This document shows, one piece after another, positions 9,988 to 19,985 of a DNA stretch of 64,000 bases. Under the pieces are notes generated by a model. It was not told the origin of the DNA. It saw only the letters and a list, made by a program, of their open reading frames with translations, and ran no database searches. This stretch comes from Acidobacteriota bacterium (lineage in GTDB: Bacteria; Acidobacteriota; Vicinamibacteria; Vicinamibacterales; SCN-69-37). The DNA lies in NCBI GenBank assembly GCA_013203475.1, contig JABMNV010000189.1, positions 19,217-83,216 of the forward strand, in the 5' to 3' direction. Position 1 is the stretch's first letter. Every line of letters begins with the position of its first letter. The translations under genes were made by a program, and so were the position numbers.

Positions 9988-11152
9988 CTAGTGTAGTGCG
10001 GCAAACAGATCACCGTTTATCGAGCACGATGCGCGCGCGGGCGACCTTGGCCAGGATGTCGGAGGCCGTGGCGGTCCAGATGAACGGCTTGGGCTGTTGG
10101 TTGTGACGGTCGATATAGGTGCCGATCGCCGTGGTGAGTTCCTCGACGTCGTGAGACACGCCGCGGCGGAGCTGGTGTTGCGTCAAGTCCCGAAAGAACC
10201 GTTCGACCATGTTGAGCCACGAACTCCTGGTGGGCGTGAAATACACATGGAAGCGCGGATGTCGTTTGAGCCACCGTTGGACCTTCGGGTGCTTGTGCGT
10301 CGCGTCGTTATCGACGATGAGGTACAGGGCCTTGTCCGGTGGCGTCGCGTCATCGATGACGCGCAGGAACTTGAGCCACTCCTGATGGCGGTGCCGGTCG
10401 TCGCGCATGCTGATGACGGTGCCGTCCAGGGTATTGAGGGCCGCGAACAAGGTCGCGGTGCCATTCCGCTTGTAGTCATGGGTGACGGTGCTGCAGCGGT
10501 CACGCGTCAGCGGGAGGCTGGGCTGCGTCCGGTCGAGGGCTTGAATCTGGCTCTTCTCGTCGACGCACAACACCAGCGCATGCGCCGGCGGATCGAGATA
10601 CAAGCCGACGATCGCCTCCAATTTCTCGGCCAACGCGGGGTCACGGCTCAGCTTAAACGTGCGCGTGAAGTGTGGCTTCAGGCCATGCTGCTGCCAGATC
10701 CGTCGCACGGTGCGTTCACTGTGGCCCGAGGCCGCGGCCATGGTGCGCGTACTCCAATGCAGGGGGGGGCTCCTGCGTCGTCAGGTGGACCACGCGGCGC
10801 ACGTCGGCCGCCGTGATCGTGCGCGGGCGGCCGGGCCGCGGCGCATCGTGCTCGAGCGCGGCCACCCCCCGGTCAGAAACCGCGGCCGCCACCGCGCGAC
10901 TTTCTCGGGGGTGACCCGCATCTGCGCCGCGATCTCCCGATTCTGCCACCCGGCGGCCGCCAACAGCACAATCTGGGCCCGTTCCACGCTCCGCGCCGAG
11001 GCTCGGCGCGCGCGGCCCCGCGCCTCCAACACCTCGCGCTGCTCGTCACTCAACGCGACGAGTGGGGCTACGCGCATCGTCTCTCCATCATCATGCTTAG
11101 GGAGTACGACGCACACCCGATACTCGTTACGACTTCAGGCGCAGTACACTAG
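9988..11152 (-). mobile_element. IS630-family insertion sequence (~1.16 kb)
   Basis: Ends CTAGTGTAGTGCG / CGCAGTACACTAG are inverted repeats with CTAG(TA) at both junctions. Confidence 0.88.
10010..11077 (-). pseudogene. IS630 transposase, two frameshifts
   Basis: HTH N-terminus, then [28 protein letters not shown] and [11 protein letters not shown]; frame changes near C6 (10865-70) and G8 (10762-69). Confidence 0.85.
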
Positions 11153-11310
11153 CAGGGCTTGCTGGGCGACACCAGTGTGCGCACCTGCCCATTGCCCAGC
11201 GTGGCCTGGCCGGTCATCGCAGCGGGAGCCGATGTATTTTCATTCATGGGCCGGAAGGGTAGCGCGTGCGGTGCTGGATCGGCAACTTCGACTGTGGCCG
11301 ATCACTGCTG

Positions 11311-12957
11311 CTACCTGATTGCCAAGACCAGCAGGTTGCCGTCAGTCACTTCTTGCACCAGGCTCGGTGATGCCGCAATCTCCGCCCGCACCTGCTCGGA
11401 CATGTTGCGGCTGTCCACCAGCGCGTGGGTCACACCGACTGCCTTTAGATAGTCAATGGACGCCGCGGAGGGAAAGTCGCGAAGCGCACGGTCGTGCTTC
11501 ACCGTTGATGCCGGCATGAAGCCCGAATACCCGTTCAGCATCGGCTTGAAGTGGGCCGTGGACTGCAACATATAGCGCGCGTTCAACATGTGCTCGCCGC
11601 CGGGTGAGTAGAACGGAAAGATCACAATCGCCTTGACGTCGTCTCGATTGAGCGTCGCAAAGATTGGCGCCACCTCGGTAAACGCATTGCATCGCCCGGT
11701 GGGAGTGCCGCAGTAACCGATGGGCGCGCGCCAGCCTTCCGCGTTGACGGCGACGATGGCGACGATGCCGACAACGAGGGCGGCCTGACGGCGCAGCCGC
11801 GTCGTCAGCCACGCCAAACCAAAGCCCGCCAGAATCGCGATGGCCGCCAACGCCATCTGACCGAACCGTGCGGCACCGCGAATGGCTTGAAGCGGTGGGA
11901 ACGCGTCGTACAGGAATGAGTAGAGAGGGAACGCAGGCCCGAAGGACAACGCGAACGACACCAGACCAAACCCGAGCGCCATTCTGGCGCGTCTGTCACG
12001 AACGGCCGTGAACGACCCCACCGCGACCAGGGTCAACGCCAGCGCCGTGAATCCTGGGAACAGATAGTCGGCAGACGCGTAGCCGGCGCTCCAGCCGATC
12101 GTCTGCAGATGGAGTGTGCCGGCGGCGGCGAGATAGTTCGCCCAGTGCGCCGAATACCGCGCCACTTCCGGCAGCGCGCGCGTGAACCCCTCCTGTTCAA
12201 TACTCGCCTGGTAGTACGGCAGCAAGAACGGCGTCAGCAAGACCAGCGCGACCCCCGAGGCGAGCCCGGCATTCTTGAAGAATGCTCGTCGGTTCTCACG
12301 GAGCCACTCGCGCGGACGCACAGCCACAGCCGCGACGACCGCGATCGCCGTGAACACCATGAAATAGACCGACGTCAACGCCTGAAGCACAAACGACCCT
12401 GCCAATATCAACGCCGCCCTTGCACGCGGCCGCGAGAGCAGTTGGTCGAGCGCGAGCAGCACGATCGGGAAAAACTCGAGATGCTGCGCCTGAATGTGCA
12501 CCAGGCGCGTGAGCGTATTCGCGTTGAACGCGATCAGACAGCCGCTCGTGATCGCCGCGGTCCACACGCCGGTCCATCGGTGAACGACCAGCGTCGTGGT
12601 CCAACCCGTCAGCGTGAGCCCAACCAGAAGAATGATATTGAACGCCGTCACAGGCGACGCGCCGGCCCAGTAGAGTGGCATCGCCATAACGCCCTGGACG
12701 AAGAGGTGTTCCGAGAATGCCAGTGTCCGCGGTTCGGGATAGAAGATCGGCGCGTCAAAGAGGTGCACCGGATCTCTGACCACCTGGTGCGCAACCCACG
12801 CCATCGTCCACTCGTTGAGCTGCGCGTCCATGTTGTCGTGGCGCGAGTACTCTCCCGGCGCAGCAGCGAGTGGCCACGTGTGCGCGACGGCGAGCACCGC
12901 GAACAGCGCGAGCGCCAGCCCACGCTGACGCCACTCCGACAAGAACACCCGAGTCAT
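11311..12957 (-). CDS. Polytopic membrane protein, YfhO/GT-C glycosyltransferase-like
   Basis: FDAPIFYPEPRTLAFSEH, R.AARF and NGYSGF motifs; many TMs. Confidence 0.7.
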   Translation of the reverse strand: MTRVFLSEWRQRGLALALFAVLAVAHTWPLAAAPGEYSRHDNMDAQLNEWTMAWVAHQVVRDPVHLFDAPIFYPEPRTLAFSEHLFVQGVMAMPLYWAGASPVTAFNIILLVGLTLTGWTTTLVVHRWTGVWTAAITSGCLIAFNANTLTRLVHIQAQHLEFFPIVLLALDQLLSRPRARAALILAGSFVLQALTSVYFMVFTAIAVVAAVAVRPREWLRENRRAFFKNAGLASGVALVLLTPFLLPYYQASIEQEGFTRALPEVARYSAHWANYLAAAGTLHLQTIGWSAGYASADYLFPGFTALALTLVAVGSFTAVRDRRARMALGFGLVSFALSFGPAFPLYSFLYDAFPPLQAIRGAARFGQMALAAIAILAGFGLAWLTTRLRRQAALVVGIVAIVAVNAEGWRAPIGYCGTPTGRCNAFTEVAPIFATLNRDDVKAIVIFPFYSPGGEHMLNARYMLQSTAHFKPMLNGYSGFMPASTVKHDRALRDFPSAASIDYLKAVGVTHALVDSRNMSEQVRAEIAASPSLVQEVTDGNLLVLAIR

Positions 12958-15611
12958 CGGCCTCCGCTTGGTCCTGGTTCCGCTGCTTGTGGGGTTAGGC
13001 GAATCTGCCTGACCGCCAGGCCGAGAAGCCGTGTGTCGCTGCTGCCATCGAAGTCCGCCGGGCGCGCACGATCCGAGACACCGAGCCAGACCCGGTTCAT
13101 CCCGGCGCGCCAGCTCTCTGCCGGCACCTCCCAACGGTACTCACGCTGGGCTGCGTCCATCACCACTGGAGCGAACACGGTCTCGTTTACCTGCAGTGTC
13201 AACGTCGTGCCCTGCCCCGCGATGGGCCGCGCGGCTATCGCAACGGTGATTCTCTCAGCCCGATCCAGCGGCAGCAGGAGTTCGGCACGAGGCGCCCGTG
13301 TCCATCGAAATCTGCTGCCGCCCCCGCGTTCCACCTCAGCCCACCCGAACACGAACAGGTCATGGCGTCCGAGGTCGACATCAGGATCCACAGGGGAGCT
13401 CATCGCCGAACAGAGCGTCAGCGGCGTTGCGGTGGGGCCGCCGCCAGCACGCGCGAGCGCGAGCGTGGGAAACCCGCCCAACTCGAGGGCGATCTGTTGG
13501 CGACCTGTTTGAGCGGCGTCAGCGTGAATCCGATAGACGTACGGCTGGCCCTCGATTTCGGGCGCTCGTGTGTCAAGGCCGTCGACCCGAAGAAGATCAC
13601 GCAAGGCTGAGAGGCGTGTTTCGGACGCGGTAGCAAAAGCCGTCACGTCGAGGGTTGCTGTCGTCGGGCGTCGCAGGCGAGTGGCCCGTGGGGTCAGGGG
13701 ATGATCGGCTGCCACATACACCGTCAGGTCCTGGCCCGGATCGGTCAGTGTTCCGAGTGACGCGCGCCCGGCGATGTCTGACACGTCGGTCCAGAGTCCG
13801 GGTTGTGTGTCGACGCAGGGTTCGCGGCCGGTCACCAGGCCCGGCAGCAGCGTGGTCGGGTTCACAGTAATCCCGCGGTTCTGACTCAAATCCGCATCAT
13901 AGGCCGCCGCGAACGTGCCCGACGGTGAGATGACGGCTAAGGCGATTCCGTGCTCCGAGTACGCCACCTGATCGCCGAGATACTCGACGATGGTGGCCTC
14001 GCCGAGGCTACGGGCCCTGAGCGCCCCTGGGGAACGAACGAAAGGCGTGATCGACTCGGCCCCGCGAACGCTGACTTCGACCTCGCCCGCCTCGCTGCGC
14101 TCGAGTAGCGCCTGATCGCTGCCCTTGACCCCGATCAGGCTGTAGTGCCATCGCGACTTGCCGAATAGATCCTGCGTGCCTCCAATGGCACCAAACGTCG
14201 GGCCCTCATTAGGGGGGATCCTCCGGAAGAATTCGTGGCCGGCGGCGACGGCCACGAGCCAGCCGTCCGGCACGGTCTCAAGGAACTCACGGACCGTCAT
14301 CAGCACACCGGACGAGTCGATCGTCTCGAACCTGAAGCCCAGCGCGCGCAGATTCTCCCGCGCATTGGCGAACCCCACGACCGGTCTGGACTCCAGGAGT
14401 GCTTGGGTTACGGCCAGGGGAGTCTGTGGGATCCGCCCAAAGGCCGCTTCGGGCTGTCGGCGTGCGTGCTCGGCAAGACGACGACCGAGCAGACCACCCT
14501 CCGCCAGAACGACGGCGCCGGGCGGCACTACGGCTTCAAGTTGATCGAGGTACTGATCGGTGAAGAGCGTGGCGCCTCGCGCCCCTGCGCCGATGTCAAA
14601 GTGCGCGGTCAGGCTCATCGCCGGCAGCAGTACGATCAGGGCCGCGACTCCAAGCCGGGCCGATTTTGTCTCAACAAGGGTGCCCGCCCACTGCATGCCG
14701 ACACCGACCAGCAGCCACAGCGGCGCAAAAGCCAACAACAATGAGTTCTGCCACGCGGGCGCGCCCCAGACCAGGGCCCACGCTCCTACGCCGGCGGCGC
14801 CGCCGACGAGCAGCACGAATCGATCGAACCGCGCGGCCAACCGGACGCACCCGATCGCCAGCAAGGCGACGCCCAGGATGCCAAAGTCGCCCACGACCAT
14901 TCCGGCGACCTCACCCACCCGCGCGCCAATCGTTCCGAGGGCATCCGGCGCGAACCAGTCGACTGGTGAGGTTCCGCTTCCCATGGTCCACCAGAGTCCA
15001 GCCGCTCCCACAGCCGCACCGGTGGTCATCGCCGCCAAGGCTACGATGCTGGGGGCGACCATCCACATCACCGCCGGCAGCGCACCGAGCGCGGCTGGAT
15101 GACCAACGACCGCAAGCGCGTAGGCCACCGCTGCCACGATCAGTGGGAGCGTTCGACGGGAGTCGCGCCACACCAACAATCCACCCGTTGTTCCCAGGAA
15201 GAAGAGCACGGCCGTGACCACCGGCTCGTCGGCCGATATCCGGCCCCAGATTGAGGCGCTCGATGACAATGCCAGCGCCGCGGCTGTCGCCGCCAACAGG
15301 TTGCATCCAAGATGTCGCAGCAGTGCAAAGGTCAGCAGCGTGGCCGCCGCTCCTGCGAGCCAGGTTGGGGCCCATGCGACCACATGGCCGACCGTTGGCC
15401 AGACGAGCTGGAGGTTGGCTGGATCGACCGGAGAGATGCCGGCATCGGTTCCAAACAGCGGATACCAGATGGCATCGGGCGTGGCGGCGAGGCTCACGAC
15501 AAGAGTTACTACCGCGATCAGCCCCATGGCCAGGGCGGCCAGCCAACGTCGGCGTGTCTCAGTGGAAGTGGATGGCAGTGAGGGGAGCCGGGGCATGTTC
15601 AGAAGGGCCAT
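12954..15611 (-). CDS. Large membrane protein, GT-C-like TM domain plus extracytoplasmic domains
   Basis: About 10 TMs then a long soluble region ending GW…FRWT…DTRLLGLAV; start taken at MALLNM. Confidence 0.6.
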   Translation of the reverse strand: MALLNMPRLPSLPSTSTETRRRWLAALAMGLIAVVTLVVSLAATPDAIWYPLFGTDAGISPVDPANLQLVWPTVGHVVAWAPTWLAGAAATLLTFALLRHLGCNLLAATAAALALSSSASIWGRISADEPVVTAVLFFLGTTGGLLVWRDSRRTLPLIVAAVAYALAVVGHPAALGALPAVMWMVAPSIVALAAMTTGAAVGAAGLWWTMGSGTSPVDWFAPDALGTIGARVGEVAGMVVGDFGILGVALLAIGCVRLAARFDRFVLLVGGAAGVGAWALVWGAPAWQNSLLLAFAPLWLLVGVGMQWAGTLVETKSARLGVAALIVLLPAMSLTAHFDIGAGARGATLFTDQYLDQLEAVVPPGAVVLAEGGLLGRRLAEHARRQPEAAFGRIPQTPLAVTQALLESRPVVGFANARENLRALGFRFETIDSSGVLMTVREFLETVPDGWLVAVAAGHEFFRRIPPNEGPTFGAIGGTQDLFGKSRWHYSLIGVKGSDQALLERSEAGEVEVSVRGAESITPFVRSPGALRARSLGEATIVEYLGDQVAYSEHGIALAVISPSGTFAAAYDADLSQNRGITVNPTTLLPGLVTGREPCVDTQPGLWTDVSDIAGRASLGTLTDPGQDLTVYVAADHPLTPRATRLRRPTTATLDVTAFATASETRLSALRDLLRVDGLDTRAPEIEGQPYVYRIHADAAQTGRQQIALELGGFPTLALARAGGGPTATPLTLCSAMSSPVDPDVDLGRHDLFVFGWAEVERGGGSRFRWTRAPRAELLLPLDRAERITVAIAARPIAGQGTTLTLQVNETVFAPVVMDAAQREYRWEVPAESWRAGMNRVWLGVSDRARPADFDGSSDTRLLGLAVRQIRLTPQAAEPGPSGGR

Positions 15612-15655
15612 AGTATAGTCTCGTCGGCGACGGCTCCTTCGTTGCTCCCCATCAA

Positions 15656-17197
15656 ATGGCTGACGGTTCGAGTCTCCTCCCCGCCGCAGAATCGGCGCTC
15701 TCGCGTTCCTACTCACGCGAACGCGTAGCCGTGATGACGTTGCTAATCGCGCTGACCGTGGCCAGAAGTGCCGTCTTTGTGGTCTTCGAAGGCTCGAATT
15801 TCGACTCCGATCAGGCGCTGCTCGGCCTCATGTCCAAGCACCTCATCGAGGGGCGGGCATTTCCGGTCTTCACGTATCTTCAGCCGTACATGCTGGGGGT
15901 TGAGGCGTGGATGGCGGTGCCCTTCATGCTGGTCGGCGGCATCACCGTGCCGATGCTCAAGTTGCCGCTGGCGTTGATGAATGTGGCTGTGACCGTTGTG
16001 CTGTTCAGGGCGTTGGAGCGATCGGGTGGATTGCGACCTCTGTTGGCCGCCGTCCCGGCACTGTTCTTCGCGCTGGCGTCGCCAGGCACGTCGACGCTGT
16101 TTCTTGAGACCAGCGGCGGCAATGTCGCCCCGCTCCTGATGGTTGTGCTCCTGTGGATGGCGCGCCGCAAACCGCTGATATTCGGTGCGCTTCTGGCCTT
16201 CGGCGTGCTCCAGCGGGAGTTCGCCATTTATGGCTTTGGCGCGTTTGTAGCGCTTCGATTGCTCGACGGCTCATTCAGGCGCGCCGAGAATTGGCGTCCA
16301 GTCGCGCTCGGTGCCTTGTCCTTTGGAGCGGTGTGGCAGGCCGTCTACCTCGCCAAACAATTCTCCAGTATCGACGGGCCGGGCACGTATGCGGGCTGGT
16401 CCCTCGCCGGCGCCGGCGCCAACGTGTCAGCCCTGCTCAACCGCGTCTGCATCGATACCAACCAACTCGTCTACGGCGTGCAGGCCGTGTTCACCAGCCA
16501 CTTTGGCACGCTCATGGGAGCCAACCCGCGGCCATTGACTGACTTTGGCATCAACAGCCTGCTTTCTCAGGGCGTCTGGTGGATGTGGCCCCTTGTGGGA
16601 GGCAGTTTTGTTCTCATGCTCGGTCGCCTTGCCTGGCTGATGTCCCGTCGGGCCATTCGGCCGTGGGACCCTGCCGTGGAGTTCGCAACGTACCTCTTCC
16701 TGGTCGGTCTGCAGTCCCTCATCGTCTATGCGCTGCTCCGCTGCGGCGTCATTGCTGTGGGAACGATGCGCTACGCGCTTCTCGGACTGTTCGTGGGCGT
16801 GGGAATTGTCACGGCGTTCCTCAAGCTCGAACCGGTGAAGCTGCTGCGCGGTGCTGCGGTCGGCGTGGTCCTCGTGTGGGCGACATTCACGGCGAGCGAC
16901 CACGCGCGACTGGCCTGGCAGTACACGTTTGACCAGCCCGTGAACGGCCGACGGTTGCTGGCCGACCGACTGATCAAAGAAGGCATCAAGTTCGCCTACG
17001 CCGACTTCTGGGACTCACTCAGCATCGTCTATCTGACCAACGAACAGGTCATTGTGGCGTCGACCACCGTCGTGTTCCTTGAGGAATACCAGTGGCTGGT
17101 GGCCGCACGCTCGGAAGAGGCCGTGTGGATCAAGCGAGAACCCTGCCCCGACGGCATTACCGTCGTCGAGGGGCTCTATATCTGCCCGTCGTCTTGA
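15656..17197 (+). CDS. GT-C-like membrane glycosyltransferase
   Basis: FDSDQA..GLM..H loop after TM1; YADFW motif; many TMs. Confidence 0.65.
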   Translation: MADGSSLLPAAESALSRSYSRERVAVMTLLIALTVARSAVFVVFEGSNFDSDQALLGLMSKHLIEGRAFPVFTYLQPYMLGVEAWMAVPFMLVGGITVPMLKLPLALMNVAVTVVLFRALERSGGLRPLLAAVPALFFALASPGTSTLFLETSGGNVAPLLMVVLLWMARRKPLIFGALLAFGVLQREFAIYGFGAFVALRLLDGSFRRAENWRPVALGALSFGAVWQAVYLAKQFSSIDGPGTYAGWSLAGAGANVSALLNRVCIDTNQLVYGVQAVFTSHFGTLMGANPRPLTDFGINSLLSQGVWWMWPLVGGSFVLMLGRLAWLMSRRAIRPWDPAVEFATYLFLVGLQSLIVYALLRCGVIAVGTMRYALLGLFVGVGIVTAFLKLEPVKLLRGAAVGVVLVWATFTASDHARLAWQYTFDQPVNGRRLLADRLIKEGIKFAYADFWDSLSIVYLTNEQVIVASTTVVFLEEYQWLVAARSEEAVWIKREPCPDGITVVEGLYICPSS

Positions 17198-17344
17198 CAC
17201 CGCGATCTCTGTGCTTCGGCGAACGGGTGAACTGCTCGACTTGTTCACCGAGCTGTGGGACCACCCGCTTGAACCGCCTGGTCGCACTGGGGCTCACGGC
17301 CGCCCATTTAAGCCTGATCGGCGTGATGTTGTAGGATCCGGCCT

Positions 17345-17818
17345 ATGACCATCAAACCCATTGCCCTCGCTTCAGTCGTCGTCGTTGCATTTGCCGCCGG
17401 AGCGGCCGTGAGCCTGACCACCCCTCTGACGGCGCAGTCGGGGCGGAGCTATTTCACACCGCGCAGTCCGGGCGACCCGGCCGTGACGCCCTTCAGTGGC
17501 GCCGTGCTCGCCGGAGGCACGTTGTACCTGTCAGGCACGTTGGGCCTGGGGCCGAACCGCACTGTGCCAGCGACTGCGGAAGAAGAAGCCACGAACGTGC
17601 TCAACGCGATTCAGGCCCAGCTCAAGGAAGCGGGGATGACGATGGACGACCTCGTGACCATCCAGGTGTTCTCGCCGAACGCGACCAACTACGATGCGTT
17701 CAATAGCGTGTATCGAGGGTATTTCACCAAGGAGTTCCCGGCGCGCGCGTTTGTGGGATCCGGCACGCTGTTGTTCGGAGCACGGTTCGAAGTGTTGGGT
17801 ATCGCGGTCAAGCGATAG
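17345..17818 (+). CDS. RidA/YjgF-family protein with signal peptide
   Basis: PFSGAV…LYLSG, FNSVY…FPAR and FEV motifs; hydrophobic N-terminus. Confidence 0.85.
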   Translation: MTIKPIALASVVVVAFAAGAAVSLTTPLTAQSGRSYFTPRSPGDPAVTPFSGAVLAGGTLYLSGTLGLGPNRTVPATAEEEATNVLNAIQAQLKEAGMTMDDLVTIQVFSPNATNYDAFNSVYRGYFTKEFPARAFVGSGTLLFGARFEVLGIAVKR

Positions 17819-17934
17819 TGGTAATGCGAAACGCGTTCCGTGCGCTCGTCTTTGGCCTGACCGGACGATGACGGCAGCGGTGTGCCAGGCAAGGCACTGA
17901 CCGCCCATCCGTCAGAGTCATCCTAGGGTGAGGT

Positions 17935-18015
17935 TCAGTCCTTTATGCGTGCGGCGGCACGCGCTAGGGCGGCGTCGAGCGTCACCAGTTCTGCGTCGTG
18001 GACCAGCGCCAACCA
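17935..18015 (-). pseudogene. VapC/PIN toxin C-terminal fragment
   Basis: WLALVHDAELVTLDAALARAA…*, directly after the MazF stop. Confidence 0.65.
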
Positions 18016-18016
18016 C

Positions 18017-18352
18017 CTATCCGACCAACTCAAAAAGCCCTTCAAGCACCTCGATGAGTTCCTCGTCCGAGACTCGGCCCAGGCGGCGACCGATGCGCAC
18101 GGTCGAGAGCGTTCGCACTTGGCCGATTTTCACCCACGACCGTTTTGGGAGCTTGGCCGCTCGCAGTTCCAGGGTCAACGGAAACTGCGCCCGAGGTTTT
18201 TGGCTTGTCAGAGCAACGGCAATCACTGTGCCCGATCGCTCGTTGAAGACATCATGGCTTAGCACCAAGACCGGCCGTGCGCCTGCCTGCTCGTGCCCGC
18301 GCACCGGGTTCAGGTCGGCCCAACGGACCTCACCTCTCAGTATTCGGGCCAT
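18017..18352 (-). CDS. mazF: MazF/PemK endoribonuclease toxin
   Basis: RGEVRWADLNPVRGHEQAGARPVLVLS…ALTS…QVRTLS..R. Confidence 0.92.
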   Translation of the reverse strand: MARILRGEVRWADLNPVRGHEQAGARPVLVLSHDVFNERSGTVIAVALTSQKPRAQFPLTLELRAAKLPKRSWVKIGQVRTLSTVRIGRRLGRVSDEELIEVLEGLFELVG

Positions 18353-18576
18353 GCGGTCTCGGATCCGAACGGCTCATCGGCGAGCTGACGCTCTTCGGCC
18401 GGATCGAGTTTGGCGCATTCTTCGGCCAAGCGCGTGCGGGCCAGCCGAGCGAGTTTCTCAGCCAGTGCCGTCTCGATCGCTTGGCTGCGGTTGCGGAATC
18501 GGGCGCGCGCGACAAGGTCGTCAACTCGGTCCAACAAGGTCGAGTCGAGAGTCAGAGCAACTTTGGTCTTCGGCAT
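18337..18576 (-). CDS. Ribbon-helix-helix antitoxin
   Basis: MPKTKVALTLD…NRSQAIE…ECAKLDP.EE…WPEY; overlaps mazF. Confidence 0.88.
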   Translation of the reverse strand: MPKTKVALTLDSTLLDRVDDLVARARFRNRSQAIETALAEKLARLARTRLAEECAKLDPAEERQLADEPFGSETAWPEY

Positions 18577-18580
18577 AACG

Positions 18581-18596
18581 GTATGACAAATCATAC
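18581..18596. promoter_or_regulatory. Palindromic operator of the RHH-MazF operon
   Basis: GTATGA-caaa-TCATAC 4 nt upstream of the antitoxin ATG. Confidence 0.65.
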
Positions 18597-19927
18597 TACC
18601 ATCCACCGGCGCGGCGTTTCTCCTGAAACAGTCTGGCCGCAGCCACCGGGTCGAGCGCGACACCGGCCAACTGTGCGGCATGCGACATGACAGGGTCGCG
18701 ACCCGCTGCGAGGTCTTCGCCCGTGGGCAGTAGCACGGTGTCTGGCGTCACGCCGATACCTTCCAGGCTCACACCGTCTCGCATGAGCAGGTCTGCGCTC
18801 GTCACAGAGGCGCCGTAGGTGATGATCACCTCCGTGCCCTGAAAGAACGGAAAGAAACGCGCCTCTCTGACGGCTCCGGCGGACCGGTCACCGAGCACCT
18901 CTCCTCGTCCCTCCAGTTGCACGACTCGCGCAAACAGTTCCGCCGATGATCCCGACGCGCTGTCGATCAGGACGATGAGCCGACCGGTGAAGGCGCGGTC
19001 GCCGCGCGTGGGTGCCGACAGGCGACTGCGACCTTTCCGCGTCAGGCGGGTGCCAATCATCTGGTTCTCGCCAAACACGCTGCCCACCAGCCGTTTGAGC
19101 GTCTCGACATAGCCGCCAGGGTTGCCTCGCAAATCGAGAATCAGGGTCTTGTGTTCTCTGGCCATCGAAATGGTGCTGTCGATATCTGATGGCTCCACCA
19201 TGAACGATGGCATCCTCCAGATCAGGATGTCGCCCATTTCGACTGAACGCTGCCGGTTCTCGTACTCGGCCGACTCCATGTCCCGGACGAGATCGTTGAG
19301 GAGTATTGAGGTGCCAGAGCCCCCCAACTCCATGAGCGCACGTCCGTTCGTGACCGTCGATTCCACGACTTCTTCGCGCTCCTGACCATTGGGTGCGCGG
19401 ACCGCGACCGTTGTCGTGATCTGGGGCGACAGGAGGTGCAGGATGTACTGCATCCGGACGAAACTCTCGCGGTTGATCTGATTGCCATTGAGGCCGAGGA
19501 TGCGATCGCCGGGTTGGAGTTTGGACGCGGCATCCGAACCCGGTCTGACCTTCAAGACGTAAGGGGCGTCACCGACGATACCTACGCTGTAGCCGTAGTC
19601 CACGCGCTTTGACCACGAGGGCGGCTGAAAGTAGGTGTGTGAGTCTTTCAGGCCGTCGACGAATCCGGCGACCACCCCGACGCCTGCGCCAAGCGATGGG
19701 GCCGCGTCCACTTTGTCGCGATATTCCTGATACCGGGCGTCCCAATCAAGCCCCTGCAGCGTCGGGTCGTAGTAGTTCTTCTTGATTGCCTCGTAGGTGT
19801 CTTTCAGCATGCCTTTGACACGGCCAGCATCGTTCGAGCTGATGCCCTGCGCCGACAGGATCGCGAGCGGCCACGCTGCACAAACGAGCAGGGCCGACAG
19901 GGACAGCTTCGTCAGGGACAGCTTCAT
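18596..19927 (-). CDS. S41 peptidase with PDZ domain
   Basis: Signal peptide; LDLRGNPGG, SGSSAE and EGIGVTPD motifs. Confidence 0.88.
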   Translation of the reverse strand: MKLSLTKLSLSALLVCAAWPLAILSAQGISSNDAGRVKGMLKDTYEAIKKNYYDPTLQGLDWDARYQEYRDKVDAAPSLGAGVGVVAGFVDGLKDSHTYFQPPSWSKRVDYGYSVGIVGDAPYVLKVRPGSDAASKLQPGDRILGLNGNQINRESFVRMQYILHLLSPQITTTVAVRAPNGQEREEVVESTVTNGRALMELGGSGTSILLNDLVRDMESAEYENRQRSVEMGDILIWRMPSFMVEPSDIDSTISMAREHKTLILDLRGNPGGYVETLKRLVGSVFGENQMIGTRLTRKGRSRLSAPTRGDRAFTGRLIVLIDSASGSSAELFARVVQLEGRGEVLGDRSAGAVREARFFPFFQGTEVIITYGASVTSADLLMRDGVSLEGIGVTPDTVLLPTGEDLAAGRDPVMSHAAQLAGVALDPVAAARLFQEKRRAGGW

Positions 19928-19985
19928 GATGTATTGACATCATTGTAGGGGACCGAGACCCTGCGCGTCTGATAGCCTTCGCTGC

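Larger units (their letters stand above)
9566..11247 (-). pseudogene. RDD-family membrane protein split by IS630
   Basis: N-part 11153-11247 (MNENTS…LVSPSK); C-part ARIIDW…GQTLGKMAMGI…RRQGWHDKAAATVVV at 9566-9990. Confidence 0.8.

Noticed and set aside
12109..13512. 467-aa plus-strand ORF
   Set aside because: Arg-rich shadow opposite two membrane-protein genes
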